A DNA stretch of 64,000 nt from an uncultured Gammaproteobacteria bacterium (GTDB taxonomy: Bacteria > Patescibacteriota > Microgenomatia > UBA10105 > UBA927). Within the stretch, counting starts at the first letter, position 1; the number at the start of each line of letters is the position of its first letter. Shown here one piece after another: positions 55,296-64,000 of the stretch. A program made the translations under genes and the position numbers. Location: assembly GCA_964609895.1 (NCBI GenBank), contig CAZSTG010000001.1, positions 59,202-123,201 of the forward strand. Direction: 5' to 3'. The notes below the pieces were generated by a model. The model searched no databases. It worked only from the letters and a program-made list of their open reading frames with translations, and was not told the origin of the DNA.

Positions 55296-55748
55296 ATGGA
55301 TAATGTGATTTTTTCTAAAGTAAAAACAGATAAAGATTGGGAGTTGTTGCTAGAGTTGGAGAAGAAAGCGGCAGATTGTAGTCCGTATTATTTGGCCTTC
55401 ACTAATATTACTGATCTAAAAAAATTTGTTGGTGACAGTGTTATTTATCTTATGTTTGAATCAAGAATTCCTATCGGTCACGTAGAGTATGAATTAAAAA
55501 ATAATAGAGCAGAAATCACGGGCTTTGTATTATTGCCGGAATATAGAGGAAAAGGTTTAGGAAAATTATTATTTGGAAAGGCAATGGATGATTTGAAAGA
55601 GATAAAAAATATTTTTCTTATGACCCATCCAGAAAATACAGCTGCTTTAAAAGTATATCTTTCAGCAGGATTTACAATCAAAGCATGGAAGGATAATTAT
55701 TACGGCAACGGTCAACCCAGACTGCAATTAGAAATAAATAGAGGATAA
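55296..55748 (+). CDS. GNAT-family N-acetyltransferase (AT-rich)
   Basis: ...LLPEYRGKGLGKLLFGKAMDD... acetyl-CoA motif. Confidence 0.75.
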   Translation: MDNVIFSKVKTDKDWELLLELEKKAADCSPYYLAFTNITDLKKFVGDSVIYLMFESRIPIGHVEYELKNNRAEITGFVLLPEYRGKGLGKLLFGKAMDDLKEIKNIFLMTHPENTAALKVYLSAGFTIKAWKDNYYGNGQPRLQLEINRG

Positions 55749-55750
55749 TT

Positions 55751-56935
55751 TCATCTTCCTTTGTGGTTTTTTAGAAGAACTATTGTCGTTGGTATTGTTG
55801 TTACAACAGTGAGTATTCCAAGACTAAACATCACCCATCCGCTTCCAAGTTTTGTAAGTATTGGATTTAATGCAAACGTTAAAAGAAAATAAACAAGACT
55901 CACACTCATGTTGAGCGCAGAAATAGCTGTTGCGCGGTATTTCGATTCAAACTCTTGGTTGGTATATTGATCAAGAAATGTAAATCGGACGATACTGATG
56001 AAATAGATGAGGAAGATCATAATTGCAGCACCGATTTTGGGTACAAAGGGAGAGGGTAAAAATCCAAGCATCATGATGATTGGGAAAAGCGTATAAGTTG
56101 CTGTTTTTGAAAGAATTTTTTTCTTTGTTAGAACGATACTTAATACTCCAACGAATAGACTGTTGATTGCAGACAACCATCCACGTGTGACTGGAGAAAA
56201 TCCGACATCTGTCATGTAGGCATTTAAGAGGAAATAAAGATAATACCACGTAATTCCTCCGATAGAGATGTAGTACAGAGAAAAATCTCTGATATATGGA
56301 GTTTTCCATAGTTCTGCAAATCCTCGTTTTGTTTGCCGGATGTAATTTGATAATGTGAATTTTTCTGTATCAATATGGGGTTCGACCATAAAAAGAGTAA
56401 TGATACCGGAAATGATCATCGATACACCGACCAATGTGTATGGAAGTCCTTTGTTGAGAAGAAAGATATATCCGCCAAGCGCCGTTCCGATGATGACGCC
56501 TATTCGATACACCATTTCATTTTCGCTGACTTTCACATTGAAGGATTGTTCCTCGTGAAGTTCTTTCAACGTATCGTAATACAACGCGATATTTGCGCCC
56601 GAGATAAATGTGTTGCCGATCTGTGCAATCACATATCCTGCCCATAGCCATGAGACATCTTTCGCACATGCGATCACGATCCAAGCTGCGCCATGAATCG
56701 CATATCCGAAGGCGACGATAATTTTTCTGCCGAGAAGATCGGCAAGCGCGCCGGTTGGTAGTTCTAAAATGACTGCAATGAGATGTGTGACAGCATAGAT
56801 AACTGCGAGTGTCGCACCGTCAGTAAATTGTGTTTCGTAGGCATACCAGATCGGCATGAAAAACAGTAGAGAGTTAAAAAACCACGAGATGCGGTAGAGA
56901 ATGAGATTCTTTCGGAGGTTGTCTTGATAGGACAT
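55751..56935 (-). CDS. MFS transporter
   Basis: 394 aa, 12 predicted TM helices. Confidence 0.75.
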   Translation of the reverse strand: MSYQDNLRKNLILYRISWFFNSLLFFMPIWYAYETQFTDGATLAVIYAVTHLIAVILELPTGALADLLGRKIIVAFGYAIHGAAWIVIACAKDVSWLWAGYVIAQIGNTFISGANIALYYDTLKELHEEQSFNVKVSENEMVYRIGVIIGTALGGYIFLLNKGLPYTLVGVSMIISGIITLFMVEPHIDTEKFTLSNYIRQTKRGFAELWKTPYIRDFSLYYISIGGITWYYLYFLLNAYMTDVGFSPVTRGWLSAINSLFVGVLSIVLTKKKILSKTATYTLFPIIMMLGFLPSPFVPKIGAAIMIFLIYFISIVRFTFLDQYTNQEFESKYRATAISALNMSVSLVYFLLTFALNPILTKLGSGWVMFSLGILTVVTTIPTTIVLLKNHKGR

Positions 56936-56995
56936 AACCGCATTATACGTCTTCTTCTGTTTCTAGCGAAGAGATTGAATGATATAATCGAGGTC

Positions 56996-58882
56996 ATGAC
57001 AGCAAATGAAATCCGCGAAAAATATCTGAAGTTTTTTTCTTCTGTACCACGGAGTCATGCGGTGATTCCGTCTGCACCCTTAGTTCCGGAAAATGATCCG
57101 ACAACACTGTTTAATAGTGCGGGTATGCAGCCCCTTATCCCATATTTATTGGGTCAACCACACCCACAAGGGAAGCGATTGGTAAACAGTCAAAAATCTT
57201 TCAGATCACAGGACATTGATGAAATCGGAGACAATCGTCACATGACATTTTTTGAGATGCTTGGAAATTGGTCACTTGGTGATTATTTTAAGAGTGAACA
57301 ACTTCCTTGGTTTTTGGAGTTTGTTACAAAAGAATTAGGACTGGATCCAAAACGGATTTATGTGTCTGTGTTTGCAGGAAATGACGCGGTTCCTAAAGAT
57401 GATGAATCAATTCAGATCTGGAAACGTTTGGGAATTTCTGATGATCATATTTATTCCTATGATGTGGAAAAGAATTGGTGGAGTAGATCGGGAACACCGG
57501 AAAAAATGCCAACGGGTGAACTTGGAGGACCGGACAGTGAAATGTTTTACGATTTTGGTGAAGAACTTCATTTACATGAAAACTCACAATATAAAAATGA
57601 GACATGTCATCCAAATTGTGATTGTGGTCGGTTTTTGGAAATCGGTAATTCTGTTTTTATGCAGTACAAAAAAATGGCGGGTGGCACGCTTGAAGAACTG
57701 CCTCAAAAGAATGTTGATTTTGGTGGTGGACTTGAGAGGCTCAATGCCGCCGCAAATGGGAAACCGGATAGTTTTTTGACGGATTCGTTTTCCTCAATCA
57801 TTGCTGCAATTGAAAAAGGTTCAAACAAAACATATGGAACGAATGTTGAAGAGACCCGATCCATGCGAATCATCGCAGATCATATGCGAGGTGCTGTGAT
57901 GATGATTACAGATGGTGTTGTGCCAAGTAACAAACAACAGGGATATATTTTGCGAAAATTAATCAGACGTTCGATGCTTCACGCAAAGCGATTAGGAATT
58001 GAAAAAAGTGAGGATTTTATCCCGACACTCGTTGCACCAATTGCCACTATGTACGCTGACGCGTATCCAGAAGTTGCAGCTCAGCAACAAACAACATACA
58101 CAACTATCCTTGATGAAGGAAAACGATTTGGAAAAACAATTGAAAAAGGTTTGAAAGAATTGGAGAAAATGGCAACAGTTGATGGAAAAGAAGCGTTTAC
58201 ACTTTATGAAACATATGGATTCCCATGGGAATTGACAGAAGAAATTGTTGTTGCCCGCGGACAAACAGTGAATAGACAGCAATTTGAAGAAGCGTTTAAA
58301 CAGCATCAACTGCTGTCTCGTACCGCAAGCGCCGGTATGTTTAAAGGCGGACTGGCAGACAACAGTGTGGAAACAACACGGCTGCATACAGCACATCATT
58401 TGCTTCTTGCCGCCCTTCAAACTGTGATTGATCCTACTATTAAACAACGGGGAAGCAATATTACCGTTGAACGATTGCGGATGGACTTTAATTTTGGAAG
58501 AAAAGTGACACCTGAAGAGCTCAACCAAGTCGAAGCGTTGGTAAACCAGAAAATCAGAGAAAATCTGCCGGTGACACGTGTGGAAATGCCGAGGGAAATC
58601 GCCGAAAAAACCGGCGCACAGATGGAATTCGGCCACAAATATCCGGACAAAGTGAGCCTCTATTTTGTCGGTTTGAAGGAAGGAACATCGCCGGAAATTG
58701 CACAGAAAGACGATTATTCCTCCGCGGAATTCTGCGGCGGACCACATGTTTCCTTTACAGGCGAGTTGGGTCACTTTACAATAGATAAAGAGGAGTCTGC
58801 CAGTGCCGGTATCCGCCGGATATATGGTCATCTCAATCATGAAGATAGCGGATCAACTACAACATCTATTCCACAAAAGTGA
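56996..58882 (+). CDS. alaS: Alanyl-tRNA synthetase, short form (catalytic + tRNA-binding + editing domains; no C-Ala domain)
   Basis: MTANEIREKYLKFF...DPTTLFNSAGMQPL...GPCGPD-like region...editing-domain HxxxH (TRLHTAHHLLLAAL) and FCGGPHV. Start reset to ATG 56996. Confidence 0.88.
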   Translation: MTANEIREKYLKFFSSVPRSHAVIPSAPLVPENDPTTLFNSAGMQPLIPYLLGQPHPQGKRLVNSQKSFRSQDIDEIGDNRHMTFFEMLGNWSLGDYFKSEQLPWFLEFVTKELGLDPKRIYVSVFAGNDAVPKDDESIQIWKRLGISDDHIYSYDVEKNWWSRSGTPEKMPTGELGGPDSEMFYDFGEELHLHENSQYKNETCHPNCDCGRFLEIGNSVFMQYKKMAGGTLEELPQKNVDFGGGLERLNAAANGKPDSFLTDSFSSIIAAIEKGSNKTYGTNVEETRSMRIIADHMRGAVMMITDGVVPSNKQQGYILRKLIRRSMLHAKRLGIEKSEDFIPTLVAPIATMYADAYPEVAAQQQTTYTTILDEGKRFGKTIEKGLKELEKMATVDGKEAFTLYETYGFPWELTEEIVVARGQTVNRQQFEEAFKQHQLLSRTASAGMFKGGLADNSVETTRLHTAHHLLLAALQTVIDPTIKQRGSNITVERLRMDFNFGRKVTPEELNQVEALVNQKIRENLPVTRVEMPREIAEKTGAQMEFGHKYPDKVSLYFVGLKEGTSPEIAQKDDYSSAEFCGGPHVSFTGELGHFTIDKEESASAGIRRIYGHLNHEDSGSTTTSIPQK

Positions 58883-61184
58883 ACCCGTAAAAGACGTGTA
58901 TCTTTCATTGACGTTGTTTCACCAGCAAGTATCAGGATGCGTGTGGACGATCGGACAGGAATCGGTGCTGGATGTCATCAACTGCACGCACGCAACAAGT
59001 CAGGACGGCTCATGGGAAAAGCGCATTGAAGCTGCGGATGTTGTTGTAAGCGGGTTGGAGGAAAAGAGTGGAGTGGGAGAATTGCATAAAACCGTGCTTG
59101 GGTTTACTCCTGAATTTTTAACCAAAGAAGGGGATATCAACAAAGCAATCAGGGCTGATATCAAACGGATGACATCCTTGTTGGATTTGCAGCCGGTGGG
59201 TTTTGTGAGCATTGAAACGGCAATCGTGTTTCAGATAAAACATGAAGAAGGTGTACCGCCGAGCATCATTCTTATATATGTTGCAGGTGAGGAGATGAAT
59301 ATTGCCTTGTATCGTGTCGGCAATCCGGTCGGAGAACGCAGTGTACATATCAGTGAATTCATCGTCGAAGATGTGGAAAAAGCCATCAAAAGTTTTTCCG
59401 ATGTGGAGGTGCTGCCGTCTCGGATGATTCTGTATGGAGAGGATGGGGAACAGCTGGAAACAATCAAATCACAGTTGTTGACACATCAGTGGACCAGTCG
59501 TGCAAATTTTCTTCATTACCCGACAATCGATATTTTCGGGTCGGAACAGGTTGCACGGGCGGTGGCGCTTGCGGGAGCAAGTGAATTGACCGCAAATTAT
59601 GTGGAGGAAAAAACCGAAGAAAAGGAAGCGGAAGAGAACCTCGGTGAAGATACAATTGCGGAAACAGTTGTTGCTCAACAGGATATTGAAAATACAGATG
59701 AAAAAACTATTGAAGAAGTGATACAGGAAGAACAGATCGCAGCACCCGCAAAGCTATATACGGAGGACAAAGAAGAGGTGCAAGAAGAAAAAGATTTGTT
59801 GGACGAAACGGAAGAACTCCCCGAGGTGCATCCGGAAGATATGAACGTTCTCCCTGTTGCTCCGGAGTCACTGGGATTTCAGCAGGGAACAGATGTGCTG
59901 GAAAAACCGGTGACACGGCAGATGCCACATCAGGAAACACAGGATACCCGCGATATAGAAACGCCCAAGCAGTCGGTAATCCGGACAATCGGCGCAAAAA
60001 TTGCCGCCGTATTTGCGGGAATATCATTACCGTCCATACAAATGTCGACAAAATTCCCTGTTCTTCCTGTTGCGCTTATTTCCCTTGTCCTATTTGCTGT
60101 TTTCGGGCTGATCTATTATTTTATGCCAAAGGCAACAGTTACTATCGGCGTTATTCCGCACAGTATCCAGAAGTCAAAGACAATTACCATTGCTCCCGCC
60201 GCCACCGCGGTTGATCAGTCAAAATTTGTTATTCCGGCAAAAAAACTGGAACAGTCGGTGACAGGGGAAAAAACAGCGGCGGTGACCGGCAAGAAACGCA
60301 TCGGAGATCCGGCCAAAGGGACAGTAACCATTTATAACAAGGCGGTATCCTCTCGTGTGCTGAAAAAAGGAACAGTACTCGTCAGCGGCAACGCACTGCA
60401 GTTTACGTTGGACAATGAAATAACGATTGCATCGGCAAGCGAATCGATCGGTTCCATAACATTCGGGAAAACCACAGCCGCAGTTACCGCGGTTGCCATC
60501 GGAGAAGAGGGAAACCTTGCGGCAGGAACAGACTTCACATTTAAGGAGTTGTCTTCCGGTATTGCAATAGCCAGAAATGATCAGGCGTTTACCGGCGGTA
60601 CAAGCCGTGAAACAACAGTTGTTTCACGATCCGATTATGACGCGATGGTAAAAGCATTGTCTGAGGAGTTGGTTGCCAAGGCAAAGACAGATTTGCTTGC
60701 GGGAGTGGCGGGGGGAGAAAAACTGATTGATTCTACAATAAAAACGACAGTGACCAGTAAGACATTCCGCGAGGAGTTGGATCAGGAAGCAACGGAATTA
60801 CACGGTAAAGTTACGTTAACCATTTCGGGAATTTCCTACAATGAGCAGGACATCAAAGCGGTGCTTCTGCCGACCGCCTCCAGTGAAATCCCGAGCGGCT
60901 ATGTTATGAATGAAGGGAGAACGGCCGTGACCATTGATACCCCGACAGTAAAAAAAGACGGAACAATAACCGCCGTGTCATCCATATCCTTGGTCTCTTT
61001 GCCGGCTGTTGATGTTGAGGTAGTACGAAAGGAATTGGTTGGAAAAACTATTGCCGCTACACAGGAAATTATCAAAAAACTGCAGGGAGTCGGCAGCGTA
61101 GAATTTTTCTTTTCGAGAACTGTCAGCAAGAACAGGCTTCCCCTGAATCCTGCAAATATTACAGTTGAAGTTGTGGTTCAATAA
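58839..61184 (+). CDS. Large bitopic membrane protein (cytoplasmic N-domain ~400 aa with an acidic coiled stretch, one TM helix, extracytoplasmic beta-rich C-domain ~350 aa) directly upstream of the sortase gene
   Basis: TM helix FPVLPVALISLVLFAVFGLIYYFM near residue 420. The C-domain is Thr/Val/Gly-rich with a beta-strand periodicity. Overlaps the alaS 3' end by ~45 nt. Confidence 0.55.
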   Translation: MKIADQLQHLFHKSEPVKDVYLSLTLFHQQVSGCVWTIGQESVLDVINCTHATSQDGSWEKRIEAADVVVSGLEEKSGVGELHKTVLGFTPEFLTKEGDINKAIRADIKRMTSLLDLQPVGFVSIETAIVFQIKHEEGVPPSIILIYVAGEEMNIALYRVGNPVGERSVHISEFIVEDVEKAIKSFSDVEVLPSRMILYGEDGEQLETIKSQLLTHQWTSRANFLHYPTIDIFGSEQVARAVALAGASELTANYVEEKTEEKEAEENLGEDTIAETVVAQQDIENTDEKTIEEVIQEEQIAAPAKLYTEDKEEVQEEKDLLDETEELPEVHPEDMNVLPVAPESLGFQQGTDVLEKPVTRQMPHQETQDTRDIETPKQSVIRTIGAKIAAVFAGISLPSIQMSTKFPVLPVALISLVLFAVFGLIYYFMPKATVTIGVIPHSIQKSKTITIAPAATAVDQSKFVIPAKKLEQSVTGEKTAAVTGKKRIGDPAKGTVTIYNKAVSSRVLKKGTVLVSGNALQFTLDNEITIASASESIGSITFGKTTAAVTAVAIGEEGNLAAGTDFTFKELSSGIAIARNDQAFTGGTSRETTVVSRSDYDAMVKALSEELVAKAKTDLLAGVAGGEKLIDSTIKTTVTSKTFREELDQEATELHGKVTLTISGISYNEQDIKAVLLPTASSEIPSGYVMNEGRTAVTIDTPTVKKDGTITAVSSISLVSLPAVDVEVVRKELVGKTIAATQEIIKKLQGVGSVEFFFSRTVSKNRLPLNPANITVEVVVQ

Positions 61185-61186
61185 TT

Positions 61187-61891
61187 ATGCCGCTGTATCG
61201 TTATGTAAAACAGGTTCCGAAACCGCCGGTAAAGCGGTCTGTTGTCATATCGTTTCTGTTTATGGGACTTGGTATTGTGCTGTTGGTTTGGACGCTGTGG
61301 CCGATTCTTTCATTCAGTCTGATAACGCAGGATCTGCTTGCCAAAACAATTTCCCCTGTTGCCGACACCGCATACGCCGCAGGAAGATATCTTGCCGCGA
61401 GCGCACAGGCTGCGGAATATGAAAATCCAAGTGCATGGTATCCGACAAGACCGCAAAAAAAAGTAACCGCCGCGGTCAACATGTACGCGCTGTCTATTCC
61501 GAAACTGCGCATTGAGAATGCGAAAGTGATTGTCTCAGGAGACGATTTGGGTGTCAGTTTGGTGCATTACGGCGGAACACCGCTTCCCGGCCAATACGGC
61601 AATGCGGTGGTATTCGGACATTCCACACTGCCGCAGTTTTATAATCCGACAAGTTATAAAACCATTTTTTCGCTGCTGCCGACGTTGGAAATCGGCGATA
61701 CTGTCACTGTGCATTTTGACAACATAGAGTACGAATATAAAGTATTCGACAAAATTGTCGTTGAACCGACCGATTTGTCACCGCTGGAGCAGAAGTTTGA
61801 TGATTCTTATCTAACGTTGGTAACGTGTGTTCCCCCTGGCACGTATTGGAAACGGCTGAACGTAAAACTGCGGATCGTCAAAAATCTATGA
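61187..61891 (+). CDS. srt: Sortase-family transpeptidase
   Basis: N-terminal TM anchor (VVISFLFMGLGIVLLVWTLWPI). Active-site His context NAVVFGHSTL. Catalytic Cys in LTLVTCVPPG (the TLxTC motif). Conserved Arg downstream (KRLNVKLR). Confidence 0.8.
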   Translation: MPLYRYVKQVPKPPVKRSVVISFLFMGLGIVLLVWTLWPILSFSLITQDLLAKTISPVADTAYAAGRYLAASAQAAEYENPSAWYPTRPQKKVTAAVNMYALSIPKLRIENAKVIVSGDDLGVSLVHYGGTPLPGQYGNAVVFGHSTLPQFYNPTSYKTIFSLLPTLEIGDTVTVHFDNIEYEYKVFDKIVVEPTDLSPLEQKFDDSYLTLVTCVPPGTYWKRLNVKLRIVKNL

Positions 61892-63141
61892 AACAGAAAA
61901 CGATTGCCCTTGAGGCGATTAAAAAAAAGCTGCTTGGAAAAAAACTAACCTATCGGGAGATATTTTCCGTCATGGATGAAATTGCTCACGAGCGGTTGGG
62001 GCCGGTACTCACTACATATTTTACCGCGGCAGGATTCAGGGAAGGGTTTTCTCCGGATGAATTGTATTTTATGACAAAAGCCATGGTGGAAACGGGAAAT
62101 AGGCTGCAGTTTGAGGGAATTGTTGCTGACAAACACAGTACGGGAGGAGTCGCAGGAACCAGAACAACCATGATTCTTGTGCCGATCATCGCAGCGGCGG
62201 GATTTCAGATACCGAAAAATTCTACGCGGGCAATTACCAGTCCGGCGGGCACTGCAGATACAATGGAAGTGGTTGCGCCGGTCACATTTGAAGCGTCACA
62301 GATTAAAAAAATCATCAGCGATGTCGGCGGCTGTATTGTATGGGGTGGTCATCTGGGTTTAGCGCCGGCCGATGATGTCATCATAGAAATCGGTCAGCCG
62401 CTCGGATTTGAATCGTACGATAAATTCATTATCGCCATCATGGCAAAAAAGATTGCCGTTGGCGCAACACATCTGGTTATAGATATTCCCGTCGGATCAA
62501 AAATGAAGGTGCAGCATTTTGCCGATGCGGAAATCATTGCCAAAAAATTTTCCTATCTCGCCGAAAAATTCAATATAAAAATCACCATTGACATCAACGA
62601 AACAACACAAAATGCGGGATTCGGTATTGGGCCGGTATTGGAGGCGCATGACGTATTTGAAGTGCTGGAGCAAAAAGCTGAGAGACCGATTACGCTTGAA
62701 AATAAAGCGCTGCGGCTGGCGGGAAAGTTATTGAATATCTGCATTGCAGATACCCCTGCCATGAAAGGGGTACAGGGAGAAGAACTGGCGCGGGAGCTGT
62801 TAACGTCGGGGAAAGCACTTGCCAAAATGCGTGAAATTATCGCCGCACAGGGGGGGAATCCGGATATAACCAGCGAACAGCTTGTCGCCGGCGGGGAGAA
62901 ATATGAACTGCCTGCTTTAAACAGCGGCAGAGTGATAAGAATCGACAATAAGGAAATAAGTATGATCTGCAGAATTCTCGGCTGCCCTACAGATAAGAAG
63001 GCCGGCATGTTCTTAAACCGAAAACTTGAAGAACATGTGGATAAAGGTGATATACTATGCACACTGTATAGTCAGGATGCATATCGGATGCGCGAAGCGA
63101 TAGAAACAGTAAAAAATATTCCGGTCTATACGGTTGAATAA
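61888..63141 (+). CDS. Thymidine/pyrimidine-nucleoside phosphorylase family protein (glycosyl transferase family 3). Could be an AMP-phosphorylase-type enzyme.
   Basis: ...DKHSTGGVAG (phosphate-binding DKHSTGGVGD-like motif)...TSPAGTADTMEV... ATGA overlap with the sortase stop. Confidence 0.8.
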   Translation: MKQKTIALEAIKKKLLGKKLTYREIFSVMDEIAHERLGPVLTTYFTAAGFREGFSPDELYFMTKAMVETGNRLQFEGIVADKHSTGGVAGTRTTMILVPIIAAAGFQIPKNSTRAITSPAGTADTMEVVAPVTFEASQIKKIISDVGGCIVWGGHLGLAPADDVIIEIGQPLGFESYDKFIIAIMAKKIAVGATHLVIDIPVGSKMKVQHFADAEIIAKKFSYLAEKFNIKITIDINETTQNAGFGIGPVLEAHDVFEVLEQKAERPITLENKALRLAGKLLNICIADTPAMKGVQGEELARELLTSGKALAKMREIIAAQGGNPDITSEQLVAGGEKYELPALNSGRVIRIDNKEISMICRILGCPTDKKAGMFLNRKLEEHVDKGDILCTLYSQDAYRMREAIETVKNIPVYTVE

Positions 63142-63142
63142 T

Positions 63143-63334
63143 ATGTTTAAAAATATCATTGCTCCAGTACAAGCATGGTTATTGTCTCAGGGAAAATGTG
63201 TCGGCTGTGGCAAGGAACTTCCGAAATCTCAGGGAACCGGACTTATTCAGATAACGTGCGAATGCGGCCGTATTTATATGTACGATGCTGCAGCAAACAA
63301 ATACAGGAGAGCTACACTTGATGAAATCAAATAA
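63143..63334 (+). CDS. Small zinc-ribbon protein
   Basis: MFKNIIAPVQAWLLSQGKCVGCGKELPKSQGTGLIQITCECGRIYMYD. CxxC...CxC. Confidence 0.5.
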   Translation: MFKNIIAPVQAWLLSQGKCVGCGKELPKSQGTGLIQITCECGRIYMYDAAANKYRRATLDEIK

Positions 63335-64000
63335 TACGATTATCACCCGCGTCTTCAGTCTGTTGGCCGTTCTGCTCATTGTCGCCGGTGTCGGATTGGT
63401 TTGGTGGAAAAACGCCATGAGTCCGGTGGATGAAACAGATACAAACCTCATCACTTTTGTTGTTCCGAGCGGTCAGGGTTCAAAAGAAATTGCACGGAGA
63501 CTTGCATCGGAAGGGCTTATCCGAAGTCAGATCGGTTTTTATCTTCTAGTCCGTTTTTTTAATACCAACGGACAGATTCAGGCGGGAGAATTCAGACTCA
63601 ACAAAACCATGGATACAAGAACCATTGCAAAAGAACTGACTCTCGGCACGATGGATGTTTGGTTGACTATTCCGGAAGGTTGGCGTGTGGAAGAAATAGC
63701 GACGAATATCGCAAAAGAGCTGAATATTCCGGAAAAAGAGTTTTTGTCGGCGGCACGGGAAGGGTATATGTTTCCCGACACCTATTCGGTTCCGCAGGAT
63801 GCCACAGCTGGAGGAGTCGCGAAAATACTTTCCGACACCTTTGCTGAAAAAGTCACTCCGCAGATGATCGCTGATGCCAAAAAAGCAGGCTTATCGCTCG
63901 AGGCGGTGGTGACGCTTGCTTCACTGGTGGAACGGGAGGGAAAAACAAATCAGGATAGACCCGTGATTGCAGGAATACTGCTCAACCGGCTGAATCAGGA
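63321..64000 (+). CDS. mltG: Endolytic murein transglycosylase MltG (YceG-like), partial (runs off the window end)
   Basis: MKSNNTIITRVFSLLAVLLIVAGVGLVWW (TM)...FVVPSGQGSKEIARRL...GEFRLNKTM...DVWLTIPEGWRVEEIA...MFPDTY...LVEREG. YceG family signature. Confidence 0.85.
   Translation, partial: MKSNNTIITRVFSLLAVLLIVAGVGLVWWKNAMSPVDETDTNLITFVVPSGQGSKEIARRLASEGLIRSQIGFYLLVRFFNTNGQIQAGEFRLNKTMDTRTIAKELTLGTMDVWLTIPEGWRVEEIATNIAKELNIPEKEFLSAAREGYMFPDTYSVPQDATAGGVAKILSDTFAEKVTPQMIADAKKAGLSLEAVVTLASLVEREGKTNQDRPVIAGILLNRLNQ

Noticed and set aside
58803-58838. Upstream extension of the large membrane protein overlapping alaS by 80 nt
   Set aside because: First Met (58803) gives a long overlap with alaS. 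The later in-frame Met at 58839 is more parsimonious, though it still overlaps. A non-ATG start further downstream cannot be excluded.
57992-58840. 282-aa minus-strand ORF inside alaS
   Set aside because: Antisense to AlaRS. Cys/Phe-rich spurious frame.

Overview
This 64 kb window is a dense bacterial chromosomal segment. The compact or truncated housekeeping proteins, tandem FemAB genes, PilN/PilO, a sortase and many Cys/Pro/Thr-rich surface proteins suggest a small-genome, Gram-positive-like or CPR/Patescibacteria-like organism, but that attribution is inference.

Most of the window is core housekeeping:
- Information processing and RNA turnover: MetRS, the hrcA-grpE-dnaK-dnaJ operon with a CIRCE operator, nusA-infB, rpsO-pnp, RNase J, TypA/BipA, FtsK, AlaRS, S20, TIM.
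- DNA repair and cell wall: two UvrD-family helicases, RmuC, TatD, MurJ, LCP, MltG.
- No rRNA, tRNA or CRISPR arrays were recognised.

The most interesting regions:
- An AT-rich island (~35.3-40.8 kb) sits between infB/nrnA and rpsO. It carries two adjacent C5-cytosine DNA methyltransferases plus an HNH-nuclease fusion protein, which looks like a Type IIS-like R-M system. A DUF1508 gene, a GNAT gene and an orphan gene follow it.
- Five paralogous exported proteins (11.2-27.4 kb) share a conserved N-terminal 'TM + (D/E)xRSRA' motif. Four of them end in a non-canonical 'PV[STA]G'-hydrophobic C-terminal sorting signal, and a sortase is encoded at 61.2 kb.
- A stand-alone Lon AAA+ module with no protease domain lies between pnp and rnj.
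- A UvrD helicase is fused to a Cas4/RecB-like Fe-S nuclease domain.
- A short A/T-rich repeat family sits immediately upstream of two unrelated start codons.
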